The notes under the pieces are model-generated. The model worked only from the letters and a program-made list of their open reading frames with translations. It was not told the DNA's origin and searched no databases. A stretch of DNA of 63,085 nucleotides, counting the filler, from Sphacelaria rigidula (taxonomy: Eukaryota), in the NCBI GenBank assembly GCA_964200075.2. It is 6 parts of 6 records of this genome, joined end to end, with 100 filler letters (N's around TTAATTAATTAA, not from the genome) between each part and the next. Parts side by side here need not be neighbours in the genome. Positions count along the whole stretch, not along the records: positions 21,066 to 31,496 come from CAXNAA020006505.1; positions 31,597 to 42,026 come from CAXNAA020006506.1; 4 more parts are not named here. One strand, given 5' to 3'. The translations under genes were made by a program, and so were the position numbers. This document shows, in pieces, positions 22,895 through 35,911 of the stretch. Positions within the stretch are counted from its first letter, which is position 1; each line of letters opens with the position of its first letter.

Positions 22895-23789
22895 CACACG
22901 TCGGACGAGCACGAGTGTGACCCGTGGCACTCGCACTCGTTAGGCTGCTCGTTGGCCGTAAACATGAACAGGGCGAGCACTCGAGTCATCGCTCGTTGTG
23001 GCAAAAAATTAACGGGGCGAGCACTCGAGTCATTGCTCGTTGTGGAATAAATTAATACAGCGAGCACTCGAGTCATTGCTCGTTGTGGAAAACATTTAAT
23101 ACGGCGAGCACTCGAGTCATGGCTCATTGTGGAAAAAATTAACCCCTTTGGAACCGGGCCTCCAGAACGACCAATGAGGCTGGTTGGGAATGACGTGTCT
23201 CATGTCTGCATGAAACAGTGGCATGTTGCTGAAAATCCGCGTATGTAACTGCGGGGTTATGAGGAAGGTCGAAAGTTTCATCCAATCTATTGTCAGGTGC
23301 AGGGTGCGCATTAGGTAATGCACATCTGATGTAGCAAACAGTGTGTGTCGCCGTCGAGAGCTTTCAACAGGATTTCGCCTCGTCGGGATTGGGCAGGTCG
23401 CTCCCCGACTCATTTTTTATTGTTCCACTAACACATGGTCAACCCCTTTTGAGTGGGGAATCGGTGCCAAAAGGATTGATAGGGCGAGCCCTCGAGTCAT
23501 TGCTCGTTGTGGAAAAACATTATCAGGGCGAGCACTCGAGTCATTGCTCGTTGTGGAAAAATATTATCAGGGCGAGCACTCGAGTCATTGCTCGTTATGC
23601 AAAACATTAATATGACGAGCACTCGAGTCATTGCTCGTTGTGGAAACCAACTAAAAGGGCGAGCACTCGAGGCATTGCTCGGCGTGGAAAAAAACTCAAA
23701 GGGCGAGCACTCGAGTCATGCTCGTTGTGTTTTCAAAAAACATCCACGAGTGTATTCGTTTCGACGAGTAATGACTCGCCCGACGTGTG
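22895..23789. mobile_element. Non-autonomous DNA transposon (hAT/P-type TSD length) with an internal 43-44-bp hairpin array
   Basis: 15-bp TIRs CACACGTCGGACGAG / CTCGCCCGACGTGTG (1 mismatch). Perfect 8-bp TSD AAACATTC at 22887-22894 and 23790-23797. Ten copies of GGGCGAGCACTCGAGTCATTGCTCGTTGTGG plus an A-rich linker. Confidence 0.88.
23143..23475. mobile_element. piggyBac-like MITE inserted into the hairpin array
   Basis: TTAA|CCCCTTTGGAACCG ... CGGTGCCAAAAGGA|TTGA (TIR 11/14). Excising it restores a normal array unit. Confidence 0.55.
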
Positions 23790-26700
23790 AAACATTCGAG
23801 GAATTGACGATTGACATGAAATTTGAGAGAAATTACTGCTTTCATGTGCAAGTATTCCCCACAAGCAGTAATGGCCGGAAAAAAGGCGCACTTCGCGGTC
23901 CTTGGCCACTTGAGACCTACAGAGACCAGCGCGTTCTTTTCAAATCACAGTGGGACGTAATTTGATTCGCTTTCCATTGTCTTTGCCGATAAGACTTGTT
24001 GCACCTTTTTTTTTTACCGAACACTCCGGACGTCGTTTTTTTATGGTCACACTCGACTGATTCTACCCCACCACTTCTAAATTAACACGGTCGATCGGTT
24101 CGTTTCGAATAGATTATCTGCACCATCAGAACGCTTCTTGCCGCCGCTCTGGACACGTCATCGAAACTTCAACATTCACACTCTTAACAAAGTCTTCAAC
24201 ATTGCATACGTAACCCTCGATACAAAATTCTTCATTTTCCCCCGTATGTCTGGAGTTTCTTTCAGCGAGTATTTCCGTTCGCTTATCTCGGATACGTATT
24301 TAATTTTTGTGACCACGGCCAGGCTCGTAGCGAATCAGTTGATGTCAGTTCGCGACAACTGGCCAATCAACCGATTAATCGCATCACAGTGAGTGACAGT
24401 GTATCTCAGGAGACGCTCCACTCCTCTGTCGTCGAGCCGCGAGCGTCCTTGACTTCAAATTGTTTGCTCCAATCTTGCGTCGAAATAGCTCAACGCGTCT
24501 TCAAAGCTTCTGTATCGGATACTTGGATCACAACTTCGTCCTCCGCCGCCTCAATATGTTCTACCCCTCGACTGCGGTTTTTCGCCTACGTCTCGCGAGT
24601 GGAAGGGAGCGCGGCTCCGCACGGCGCTGTCACCTTACGTGCACGTGGAGATTCTTCGCAATTCTCCCCTGCGATCAAATATGCCTCCCTGCGCCCACGA
24701 CCAGACACAGCGAATCAAACACATTATACACACCACCTGACTCGTGACTACTGTTGCACAGAGTTATCGCGAGACGCGCTAAAGTTTACGTATGTACGAA
24801 TATACCACCGTCAATCTACCGAAGAGGGCGCAGAAGCAGTGGAGTGCAAGCGGCGGAAAGTGAGCCTGCGTGCTCTCGGAGAGCCGCTCACACGCTCACG
24901 ACACATAGCAAAACAAAAGCCTCGCGTTTGTCCATTTTTTGTGTACACTTCACCATGCGGTGTCCCGCTGTTGAAACGCCAATCCACTCATCTTGAATAT
25001 CTTGACTCTCCCGGCTCACCATACACCGCGAAAAGTGTTCAAACTGCTGCCAATTCGCTACAAAGACGACGGCTTGCGTACGAACAGTTTACCCTGGATC
25101 TTACCAAAGAATGATATCATTTGCTTTTCGCACTTCTGAGTTTTATTTACACTACGATAATAATTGTACTAACAATAGCTGCCTGAATCCCTGGCTATGC
25201 GAACTTGTCGTTCAAGCGTGACCAACGGTAAAATCACGACAATTCCATGTCCCGTGCCATCTGGCTCATTGTGCTGCACCAAACGTACAACTCTACCTGT
25301 TTGTCTTAATAAGCTTTCCCCGTCCTCCATGTACATAATGTACTCTCAAAAAATGAGGCCGCTTCGTATGTGGATGAGATGTTTTTCACACGAGTCGACA
25401 TTTGAGTTTTTTTCATCATTCAACACTGCTTTTAATTCTGAAATAGAAAATATCGCCGCCACGTATCTTTGACGCTGTGCATCACTTCACTGAGAGAAGC
25501 CTAACTCACTTTCCTGATTCGCTGGGGCCTCAGGCTTCGCAAAAAGCCACCTGCCAAAACTCCAACTGAAAATGGAAGAACGTTAAAACGATGTGGAAAT
25601 TTGCAAGTACCGTAACATACACCACATTTTTTTTTTCACGTCCCGTTGGAGTTTTGGCCGGCGGGCGCTCACGAAACGTAGGAGCCCAGCGAATCGCAAG
25701 AGTGGGTTCAGCTTCTCTCAAAAACATCACGTATAGCGTCGAATTCATGTTGTGGCGATGCTTCCAGTTTTGGCATCTAAAACAGTCCCAAACTCGAGTA
25801 TCCCTACGAAATCTCGCGTAACTGTAAGGAGCAGTCTGGGCATCTCGAAAATGGAACGACGCCTCACTATTGTGCAGCACATATCTGAATATTATAATAT
25901 ACGATTTCTCTCGTTACACCGCTGGGGAGGCTGCAAGTACTGAACTCTGAAGGCCTGAGCGGCAATACAGGGGTGGCGGGAAAAGCGCCGCCTGAAAGGC
26001 GGTCGCGTTCAACCCAAACCCCTACCCCTTGCTAACACCCTTCTCTACCGCCTGCCCAGGGGACTTAATCGGGACCCAAACACAAAGACATCGTTCAACG
26101 GTGTTGGATGTAGGCTCAAGTGAGCAGAGGATACACCGTTAGGACGACTAAACTCGTGATTCAACTCATATTCATCATCTCGACGGATAAATCATACTAT
26201 TCGTACATCATGTGTAATTCATACAGCTTCTCAGCTCGTGGGTCGTGCCGTATCACCCAAAGGTACCCGCTTCCTACCTCCCATGAATACCGGGGTAAAT
26301 AATGGGCACATAGTCAACCCTGCACTGCAAATTTGAATGCATCGATTGTACATGCCACGCACCTCTTACTATCATGAGTCGGGAACGTCATGTACAACTT
26401 TCTTGACCAGGTCGTTCGAGGTGAGCATTTTTGTCACCTTCGGGCTAATGCGGGACCAACAAGTTGTACAGGTTGAATCTTCACTCCCGATGGGCCCTGA
26501 ATCACGCGTAATTTTCTCGTAGCTGTAATGCGCGCAAGAGGATGACTGCGATGCATATGTGTCATCCACCCTTGACTCAGCGGGACAAACGGTTTATACA
26601 GCATGACTGCTTTCGCATCATAGGGAGTCCACTCGTATGAACTCTGATTCGTCCTAACCGTAAAAGAATACCGCCCGTCGACGGTGTGGGATGCTTCAGG

Positions 26701-27605
26701 TGGGGATGATGAACCCGTTGCTGGTGGCTCCCTCGTAGCTGCTACCGAGCTGGATGCAGCAAAATGTAATCCACGTGCAGTAGTGGGCGGTCTACCTATT
26801 AATTTTGTGGCATTTTGTGATTTTTTTGTGATCGGCGATTTTCTTGGGCTCTTTTCGCTTGCCACCCCTCATCACATCGGGAATCTGAAGATATTTGTAT
26901 CCGTTCCACATTCCAAGAAGAAAAAATCACCTGTACTCAATATTGAGTGACTTACGCGCTGACCGATCATCGGGGGTTCTGTCACGTTTCAGCCCAGATT
27001 CTTACTCTTTTGTATTTTCGGTCGATCGAGCCCGTCCCGATCATATTTGCAGAGAAATATACAGTTTTCTTTTTTTGAAATTCTGCCTACTCAGTGCGCT
27101 AGGGCCGAAAAACTGTGTTTCACGGTCAACAACACCCTCCTGGTGAACGGGATATTTACCCGTTTCGCCGCATAAAACCAAGTAACACTGACTTGGGCAC
27201 TGTGTTTCGAAAATGATGTGTTTTGTTGTACCAAAATCTACCGAAGCTAACCATTTCGAGTTTTATCGAAGAGTAGTACGCGAGGAAAACCCCGAAACAC
27301 CCCGAAATAGTTAGACCGCCCACTACTGTAGATTTGAAAGATTGGGCATCGGACTCGGTGCCCGGTTGAGTTGCATCCTCGATCGATCAGGAGCGGCGGC
27401 GCAAGATAGAAACGATAGCGTCCCACGTAGATATGCCCCTGAGGTAGCGGATATAGAATTTGGGACCGATGATAATGGTTATGGTTTAAAGTTCAGAAGA
27501 CGGCGTAGGGTGGGTGATGGAAAAAGGGTTTTACGTGAAAAGGGCGATCAAGGTGACAAGCATTGTCCTAGACCTGGAGGAAAGCAAGGATCCACATGAA
27601 AATAT

Positions 27606-27833
27606 CAAGGGTGTGTTGAGTAGGGTATTTCCTACATTCGGGTGCCTTGAAAAATCGTGCTCTAAGCACCTAAAACCTGTGTAGAGTATCAAGACCGTAC
27701 TCAACAATACCCGGATATTGAGTAGAGTAACTTTACCCAATACTTGCGTAGAGCATTGAGATCGGATCATCGCAACATGAAATTTGGGAGAGTAAATGCC
27801 CAGGCACTTTACCCTACCCCACACACACACTTG
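27606..27833. mobile_element. MITE of about 228 bp
   Basis: Imperfect TIRs CAAGGGTGTGTTGAGTAGGGTA / TACCCTACCCCACACACACACTTG. Degenerate 8-bp flanks GAAAATAT/AAAATTAT. Confidence 0.5.
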
Positions 27834-27849
27834 AAAATTATGTTTCCGT

Positions 27850-30800
27850 CGTTCGAAATGTCTGATCTCAAAGCGACGAGTTTTTGGGAAAGACCAGCGC
27901 CTGGAGCTTGTGGGAGCAAGCGGCTTTGGCTTATCTTACCTTTATGGAGCTGGGAAGAGCGTTGGCCGTGAACGTGTGCACCCGCGTGTGCCCCATGATG
28001 TTTGACGCTGATCTCCGGAGACTGGGAATGTCCGATCCACAAGCCAGTCTAGCAAAACTCGCATTTCAATTGTTGCTAACAGCAATGGCCGACACCATCA
28101 GCAAGCTACAGAAATTGGTTTGCACATAGGCTCCTCGTCTGCTGCCTGGGCAGACTTCATCACTCGCCCCACACCCTTGGGGCTGGTGTCACTCTTTACA
28201 AAACGCTTGTAGGGGTAGGGTACAAGGTGGTCAGTGATCCAAGCCTCATCAGAGGATGTAGTAACTGCCATGCTCGCGTCCCTCATGGCCCGTGAATGCG
28301 ACAGTGTCCCTCGACCCCACCCGCCATGGCAGGAATGTTTCCCGGGTCCCAAACAAGGACAACAGTTCCTGCGGAGTACATGTCCTCGAGGGGCACTAGA
28401 AAGGGCTGTGGTGACCGTACGCCGTTTGTAGGCGCAAGTCGCAGCGGTGGCGGCAACAACAAAATTCGCGACGGGAACGAGAGCCGGGACAGGGGAACGA
28501 CATGTTCATCACCCGGAACAGCATCTTCGGGAGCAACGGCACCCCCACAGCCCGCACGTGCACGCGCCATTGCGAGGTCTGGTGAAATCCAGGATCTGCT
28601 CTACCAGTCAGAGGGCTGTACACGCCAGAAGCAACGGTCTGAAGGCCCAATAGAGGAAATACCGAGAGATGGGTCACGACGCGAGCGGTCGCAAAAAGCC
28701 AGCCACGGCGGTGTTGACTACAGCTTGCGTCAGCACAAATGGCCCCACCGTATGACCACTTTGGAGATTCAACGGTCCTGACCAAGGGCCGACATGTGAT
28801 GGCAACCCGCAACGTCATATGGCGCCGAGTATCTGTACCCTTGCAGCAAGAGATTTGTCCATCTGTCAACGGAAGGAGCGACCTTTCCCCGTTTTCGAGC
28901 GGAGAGGAAGCTCCGACGACGGAGGTAAGGAAGCATCAATAGGTCCGGACATCGCCGCCCGCGATGCGCGCAAGCGTACAGGCTGACGCTGCGGCAAATC
29001 CTCCGCAGTCGCCAAGCGAGAGCGTCTTAGGCGGCATTAGCTACCCGATCAAGGAGCACCAATCGACACAAACATCGACTTCGTCATCGACCCTGGCTCT
29101 GACTTCGACTTCTTCAACTCCGCCACTGCCCACTTCGGCTGCCCAAGATTCACCGCCTACCGAGACTTCGAGAAGGGGGCGGAGGGGGGGGATTGCTCGC
29201 CCTCGGTTGGTGAGCCCTGGAGCTAGGAGAATGACAAGATCAATGATTGTTGGGGCAACATCGAAAGCAAGGTGGGGGACAGCCCCCTCGAACCTGAGCA
29301 GGTTACGCGTGGGCGCACATCGCAACAGATTCGCCTTCAACAAGATTAAGTGTTGGAGAAGAGAGTGCAAGAGACTGATGAGGGCCGAACGGACGAGATC
29401 AGCATCAAGGGGCGGGGTAATTTCCTTGAACCCGAGTCACGAGGGCTCGGGTGCATGCGACGAGAGACCAGCAACCAGCAGACCCCGATTGGGGACTGGT
29501 GAGCCTGATAGGAGGGGGTGTCAAGCTCGCTACGTGGGCGGTGGACTCCATGGTACAAAACAGGCGAGTGGGAGTTGCAGAGCACGGTAGACGGCCCATT
29601 CTTGATGTAGGAGATGCGTCGAACACATTCGATGATGTATTGCAGCCGTAGTACAAGGGTATATTGCCAACTGAAATGAGCAGTGAGAAAATGGGACCGT
29701 AAGAGGCAGGTGCATCTGTAGAAAACAAACTTGCAGAAGGTCGGGAAGCCATTGGTTCTACATGGATAATGGGGGAAAACCAATCAGGACGGGTTCAACA
29801 CTAAGCCTAAGGCTACGTCTGTGTGTATCGTAAAGGCTATAGTCAAGCAGCAGGGGCTGACCCCACTCCCTCAAATGCAACATCCATATTGTTTGCCGTA
29901 TAAAGCATACTCCGGAAACGTGGAGATGTATCACTTGAGCGTAAAGCAGGCGCTCGTCAGGTCAGAGGTGAAGGGGGAGACGTAACTTGGAGTTGCCAAG
30001 GAATCTGGTGACCCGTCAGATCGAGTTGTGCGAATCATTAAATCACCCTATAGCTTGAAGCAAACAGGAAGGATTTGAAAAATCAACCTGATGAAACGGC
30101 CTGAAGGAATGGGATTTCGAGCAACGCTTGGTAGAGCCATTTCTTTAGGTTGATGGGGGACGGGCAAGTAGCGACCACGCTTGTCATACACCTCCACGAC
30201 CTCCTCATGGTCTACAGGAAAGGGCTGTGTAATGCCTAAGGGGCCCTTGACCCTACAGTTTTCCACAAGAATCTAGAGGAAGCGACTTAGTATGCAGGTT
30301 GAGCATTCAAGCGCGACTGGGAGACGGGGGGATACCGTCAATCTCACGAATTACGTATGTCGATCAAATCGTCGAGATATTTGACATAACGCGCACTGCA
30401 CCCATACCCGCAGCATTGTTTCATCCAGAACGAGGAATGGGAATGGGGATCTGTCTACGGATGCTCGATACCATCAGGGCGTCCGATCGTCAATGCGGCG
30501 GGCGAACAGCACTCGTCTGGACATAGTGGGTACTGCGCGAACGGCATCCCGACACAGCCATGACTACATCCGCGAGGACTAGCTGCAGATGTGCCGGAAC
30601 GTGCGAGTTGGGAATCACTAACGGTTGCAGTTTGTTCGAGGGAAGCGGTTTAAGCCGACGGGGACTATGCTAATGCAAATGACTGGCGGTCTGTACGGGA
30701 GGCGCTGTGTTGTAGGGTGCAGCGGTTGTGACTGGTAATTCTACGACTCGCGGTACTAGTGCAGGGGCAGAGTGTACGGCAGCGGAGGAGATTTTTCGTA

Positions 30801-30870
30801 AAACCGGCATTTGGCCTTTGAGCTAGTCTCTTACTCGCCCGTCGGAGGTCAAGAAGGTGAAATTTCCGCT
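27850..30870 (+). mobile_element. Degenerate Ty1/Copia pol (weak integrase relic, RT, RNase H)
   Basis: RT motifs EGREAIGSTW, EMYHLSVKQALVRSE, VVRIIKSPYSLKQTGR, LVIHLHDLL (decayed YVDD) and SISRITYVDQIVEIF. RNase H start DYANANDWRSV. Many stops; no LTRs recognised. Confidence 0.8.
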
Positions 30871-31984
30871 TCATGAACAAAAGATTCGGTTGTGCCTCGA
30901 GTCCTGGCATAGTTACATCAGACGTCTCCGGGACCGCACCCCCTGCACGCCCGCCTGTTTAAGGTTCATTGTTCACCAAAGATCGTTGGAGACTCGAACC
31001 GCTGATATTTTGATCCACGAACAGATCTTTGAACTTTGAACGAATAAGCCCTGACTGATTTCAGAGGTCAAACGTCCGCTTAAGGTAAGCAGCAGGTTGA
31101 CCCAGGAGCCATGGCCCAACGATCCCAACGTTAGCGACACATGAGGGATTGGTCCTATGCATGTTCCTGTGTTATGTTCCATCGCATCGCGGTTGTACTA
31201 GGTGAGTATCCAGAAAAACAATTATAACTGGACGCTGCCTGGGCTGTGAAAACATATATTTACCTCAGAAACAACTGCGAACAGTCCGCATCTCGTCCAA
31301 AGCAGTTATTTGTACGATCCGTGGGTGCTCCCTGAGCTGTGCTACATCTTCAATTGACTTGGAGGCTAACGAGTGCGAGGAGTTGGTACCTTGCCCAACC
31401 ACACGAACGGGGGGCGGGAGGGGGGGGGGGGGGGGGGGGGGCATATGGGTGCTGCGCTCGTTGGTTGAGCTGTGGACCCGGCGCGCTTCCGCGACGNNNN
31501 NNNNNNNNNNNNNNNNNNNNNNNNNNNNNNNNNNNNNNNNTTAATTAATTAANNNNNNNNNNNNNNNNNNNNNNNNNNNNNNNNNNNNNNNNNNNNAAAC
31601 AAAGAGGGTACCCAGGTTTGTCGCTAATGCACCATGGTATACCCTACTGTGACGTTTGCCCTTTTTTTTTTCACTTCTAGAGTTTTTCACCGTTTTTTTC
31701 GGGGTCCGAGGGTATCCAAGTCGTTTTTCGACAAAGTCTTCATTCTGGGACCCCGGAAAACCGGAACTACGACTTTGTTTTCCATTTTTTCGCAAACGAG
31801 CTGTCGATGCGTAACCCAAGGAAGGGCCCCACAAAATGTCGTCGCAAATCTCGATCAACTAATGCATGGGTTTTCATGTGCACGTCAAGAAGGGCCAAAA
31901 AACGCCGTTTTCGCACCAAAATCAAGTACTGTAGTTTGCAGTTTCACCGCGGCACGTCAAAGTTCATCGCACAAAAGCGAAACA

Positions 31985-32257
31985 CCTCACGCCGTTTTAA
32001 GGAGTCGGACCCTGAAATTTTGCACAACTGTGGTATGGGTCCTAAAGCAACTTTGAATGAACGAGGGTTCTCGAGTTTTTTTTCTCAACCGTTTTACGGG
32101 ATCCGATTGAATCGATGTTTCCCCGAAAAAATGGGACCCCCGAAAAACGGTCAAGAAATTCAAAACGTCGAAAAATCTCGACCTTCGAAAGTTGCGTGAT
32201 GCCGCATAGAACATCTGTGCAAAATTTCAGGGTCCTACTCCGGAAAACGGCGTGAGG
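31985..32257. repeat. 42-bp inverted repeat pair in probable DNA-transposon terminal sequence; third partial copy at ~33174-33193
   Basis: CCTCACGCCGTTTT..GGAGT.GGACCCTGAAATTTTGCACA at 31985-32026, inverted at 32216-32257 (39/42). Confidence 0.7.
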
Positions 32258-34629
32258 ATTTGCCGATGAGTGTTTTGGGGGTGATGAGCCTGAATTAGCC
32301 TGTAGTATGGCTGGTTGTGTCTTTCCGTGGCCGCGGGCGCTGGTGCCGATGCCACCAGCAGGAGCCGTCATGCTGACGGGTGCAAGCAATACCCTGGCGG
32401 TGCAGTATATCCGCACTGTGCTGTGCGTGGGGTCTGGCCCAGCCGGTCGAGCGGTGTATACTGGTGCTTGTTGTTTGCCTTTACCCAGTCATGTTCGGTA
32501 TCGCGCAAGTGATGGGTCCGGTTAACATGAAGTTTTCAACAGTCAAGTGTGTAGACAGCACTGCGTCCCGACTGGTACTGTATGTTACAGAGAGATGAGG
32601 ACAACAATACACCACATGAAGCAATCTCAGCGGATACCAAATCGTCTTCGCAAGGTCTAAAATACCACACAACAGTGATAACTACAGCACATGAGAGCGG
32701 ACGTGAATGTGTTTGTGCTGCAGTACAGTGAAACAAGACATATCTCACGTGTTAGTTCGTCGGCTGATTTGAAACGGGTCCTCAGTGTTTGCCGGGTGCC
32801 GATCTTGAACGCTCGGGCATAATCGCGCTTCGCGCAAACAATTTGATTTGCTACAAAATTATCCCCATGTATGAGTCCTGGGCCATTTTTGAACGCACCC
32901 GCGCAATACACAGCAGGCATTTAGGGTACGCCACAGTACGCACACCCGCAACACAGCTCACACGCACACACACACAGACGAATCATCACCAGCTAGCCGC
33001 AAAAGCAACAGCAGCAGCAGTACTGTAGTACGGAGACCGCCGTTGAGCCTATCGCACACGCTTCACACGCTTAGTGGACACCTGCCCCACGAACTCTACA
33101 GGCTGGTTCAGGGTCAACGACCAAAGGTTTACTCCCCGGCGATTGTTGTCGTGTTTTCGAGTTGGACCTGGTTGGACCCTGAAATTTTGCACACGGGTGC
33201 TCTGAGATATCCCAACACCGCCTCCTGGGACCCCGGATATCTGGCGAAAAAATATCGAAAGACCCATTCATACCGTACAGGCCCTCTAAATATATCAGAC
33301 CACCCGTGTACATAGTGTCAGGGGCTCGAAAAAATGGCGTCATCAATCGCATGTGGGTGCGTTGGAGGGTGAAAATGGATGCAGAATCCCCCTAATAATT
33401 GTTTATAGAATGCTACCGGCTTTTTCCTTTTGCGCTCGAACTAGACCCTTAGACAGCGACCACCCTGCAGGTGGACCGAGTTGGGCTATGCCACAGTAGG
33501 GTTTCAGAACAGCCTTTTCTCGCGACACACGACTCCCTTTTCATGAAATGTGGATATTTGACATCTGTTTAAAAATTAGTCCCGGACAACCCAAAACCAG
33601 TTTTGACCCTGCAGTCAATTGCGTGCGGAGTCGGTATGTATGTGTGCTGTATATCTTCGCTGGATCCAACGGCAAGAGGCAGTGTAAGTGCGCCATCGCC
33701 TCGACTGGGCACAATTTAATCCATGCTGCTGATGCCTCTGTTTAGTGTTCAACAACACTAAAGTGTGGAGGTGTCACACGTCGGACAGGTCAGCTCCCTG
33801 TAGCTCGAGCTAGCTCTTTTTTAGCGTAGCTCCCTAGTGAGCTATGAGAGCTATATGAGGTACGCATGTTTTTCCTGGGTGAGCTATGAGAGCAACATGA
33901 GCTGCAATACGCATGTTTGCCCTCGGTGAGCTACCAACCCATAGCTCATCAGCTGATATTCGCCGCGGGTGAGCCATAAGAGCCCCATGAGCTACGCTCG
34001 TGTGTCGTGGATGAGCTATGAGAGCTACATGAGCTGCGCATGTTTGCCCTGGATGAGCTAGGAGAGCTAGGTGTGCTACGCATGTTTTTCCTGGGTAGGC
34101 TGTGAGAGCTACTGTACATCAGCTACACGTCTTCTCCCTGGTTGAGCTGAAAAGCTACGGGAGCTACGCCGATCTCGAAGTTATTTCTGCGCCGATTAGG
34201 GTTAGGGTTGTACATGAACTCACTAATCAGGGTTGACTTTGATGAAAATATTGATTTGAGTCATATCAACAGTCACATCAACGCGTCGCTGATTAGTTGA
34301 TCAACTTGAACCAACCAAGTCCGAATAACTGGTTTGATAATGATGAGTTGATTTTTCCAGGAAGAAAAGAGGCGTTTGCGTCGTGTAACGTTTTTTTGCC
34401 TTCGGCGCAACCATTGATCGACGGATATGTCTACTCATCGACTCTACTACTCCCGAAAAGACGCTAGCAACGACGAACACATAGCAGCAGACAGGAGCAC
34501 ACAGCAGACAGCATTCCGCACGCCACGTAGCGCCACACTCTAGCAGCACAGTGTGGGTCGCACGGAACTTGACACAATGAGGGGAGCAAGGAAGGGCAAA
34601 GTACGTGCTGTAGGCAATATCGACACCCC

Positions 34630-34992
34630 TGAGAGCCCGGAGGACTTGAATCTTCGTATTCACACCATATTTTCGAAATATGGTCCCGTTCCTTCACTTG
34701 CTGGCAGATATTGACAACTACTACATGCCGTACAAATTTGGACTTAGATAACGGAAATGTTAGGGTTCTAGGTGAAAAACCCAATTTGGGGGAACTTCGG
34801 CGATCAGATCGGATCATCTGAATTCCCCCAAATAGTTTCTTCACCTAGGACCCCAACATGTCGGCTATCAGGATCCAAATTGGTATCGCGTGTAGTAGTT
34901 GTCGATAGCTACCAGTAGTAGGTGAAGGAGTGGAACTTAATTTCGAAGATTTGCATGGTGCGGATACGAAGGTTTGAATCTCCGGGTTCTCA
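34630..34992. repeat. Long imperfect palindrome (fold-back/MITE); related arms at 52038-52492
   Basis: Arms TGAGAGCCCGGAGGACTTGAATCTTCGTATTCACACC... and ...GGTGCGGATACGAAGGTTTGAATCTCCGGGTTCTCA. The same motif appears inverted twice on contig 5. Confidence 0.7.
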
Positions 34993-35797
34993 TCCTCATC
35001 GAGAAACCCATCCCCAATTTGTAAAATCCCGTGTCCGACACTGCCGTGTCGCTGGAATGCTCTAACGACCACGACCACAATCACGATGACAAAGGGAGGG
35101 ACGGCCAATCTCGGCCGACTTTTGGCCTGTGTGCTGCTTAAATTCTACCGAAAAAATCAACTAATTATGATTAATTCATTGACGTGTTGTTGATTGGCTG
35201 ATTAATATTGACGTGCTGTTATTGAACACAACACGGCCGTGCTGCTGCTGTTGTCTTGTGTGTGCGTGCTCGTACGCTCCACATTGTTCCACAGACAAAA
35301 ATCAGCCGATTTTTGGCTTGTGTGCTGCTTAAGTTTTACCGAAAAAATCAACCAATCGTGATTGATGGATGAATTGACGTGTCGTTGATCAGTTGATTCA
35401 TATGAACTGATCATCATTAAATCAAGCCGATTTGAAAGGAAAAACTAAATATCAGATCAGCCCCTCAAAAAGGTTGGTATACAACCGTGCTTCTGCTGCT
35501 CATGCATTTTGATACGTGAAAACAGTTACACGTGTACACACCTGTGTTGCGTTTCGAGTAGTGATGGATTTGCCGTTATTAAACACCAACATTGACCGCA
35601 TCAGAAGCCATCCGCACCGTAGCCACCCCACCTACACAGAACCACACGCACACACAACCCGCCCTACATGGCGACCGCCGGGGGCAGCAGCTCTAGCGGC
35701 GCTTCAGTCGGAAATGATGCCGTAGATCTGGATCCTCCTCAACAGGCGCTCGATGTGGAGGAAAAAGTGAACACATACACACTTTTTGATTGCTGAA

Positions 35798-35911
35798 CCC
35801 TTTGACCGCGAGGGTAGGCGATCTGTTGAATCGGCATCATTCACCCCCGAACCCGAAAAATAATCTGAAATATGCTGATTTGACATATCACCTACCCTCG
35901 CGGTCAAAGGG
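35798..35911. mobile_element. 114-bp piggyBac-like MITE
   Basis: 40-bp TIRs starting CCCTTTGACCGCGAGGGTAGG (35/40), flanked by TGAA and TTAA. Confidence 0.8.

Noticed and set aside
22970-23730. CRISPR array
   Set aside because: Linkers are only about 13 nt, A/T-rich and similar to each other. There are no cas genes, the context is eukaryotic, and the array lies inside TIRs with a TSD.
34196-34207. Interstitial telomere (TTAGGG)2
   Set aside because: Only two units, which is insufficient evidence.
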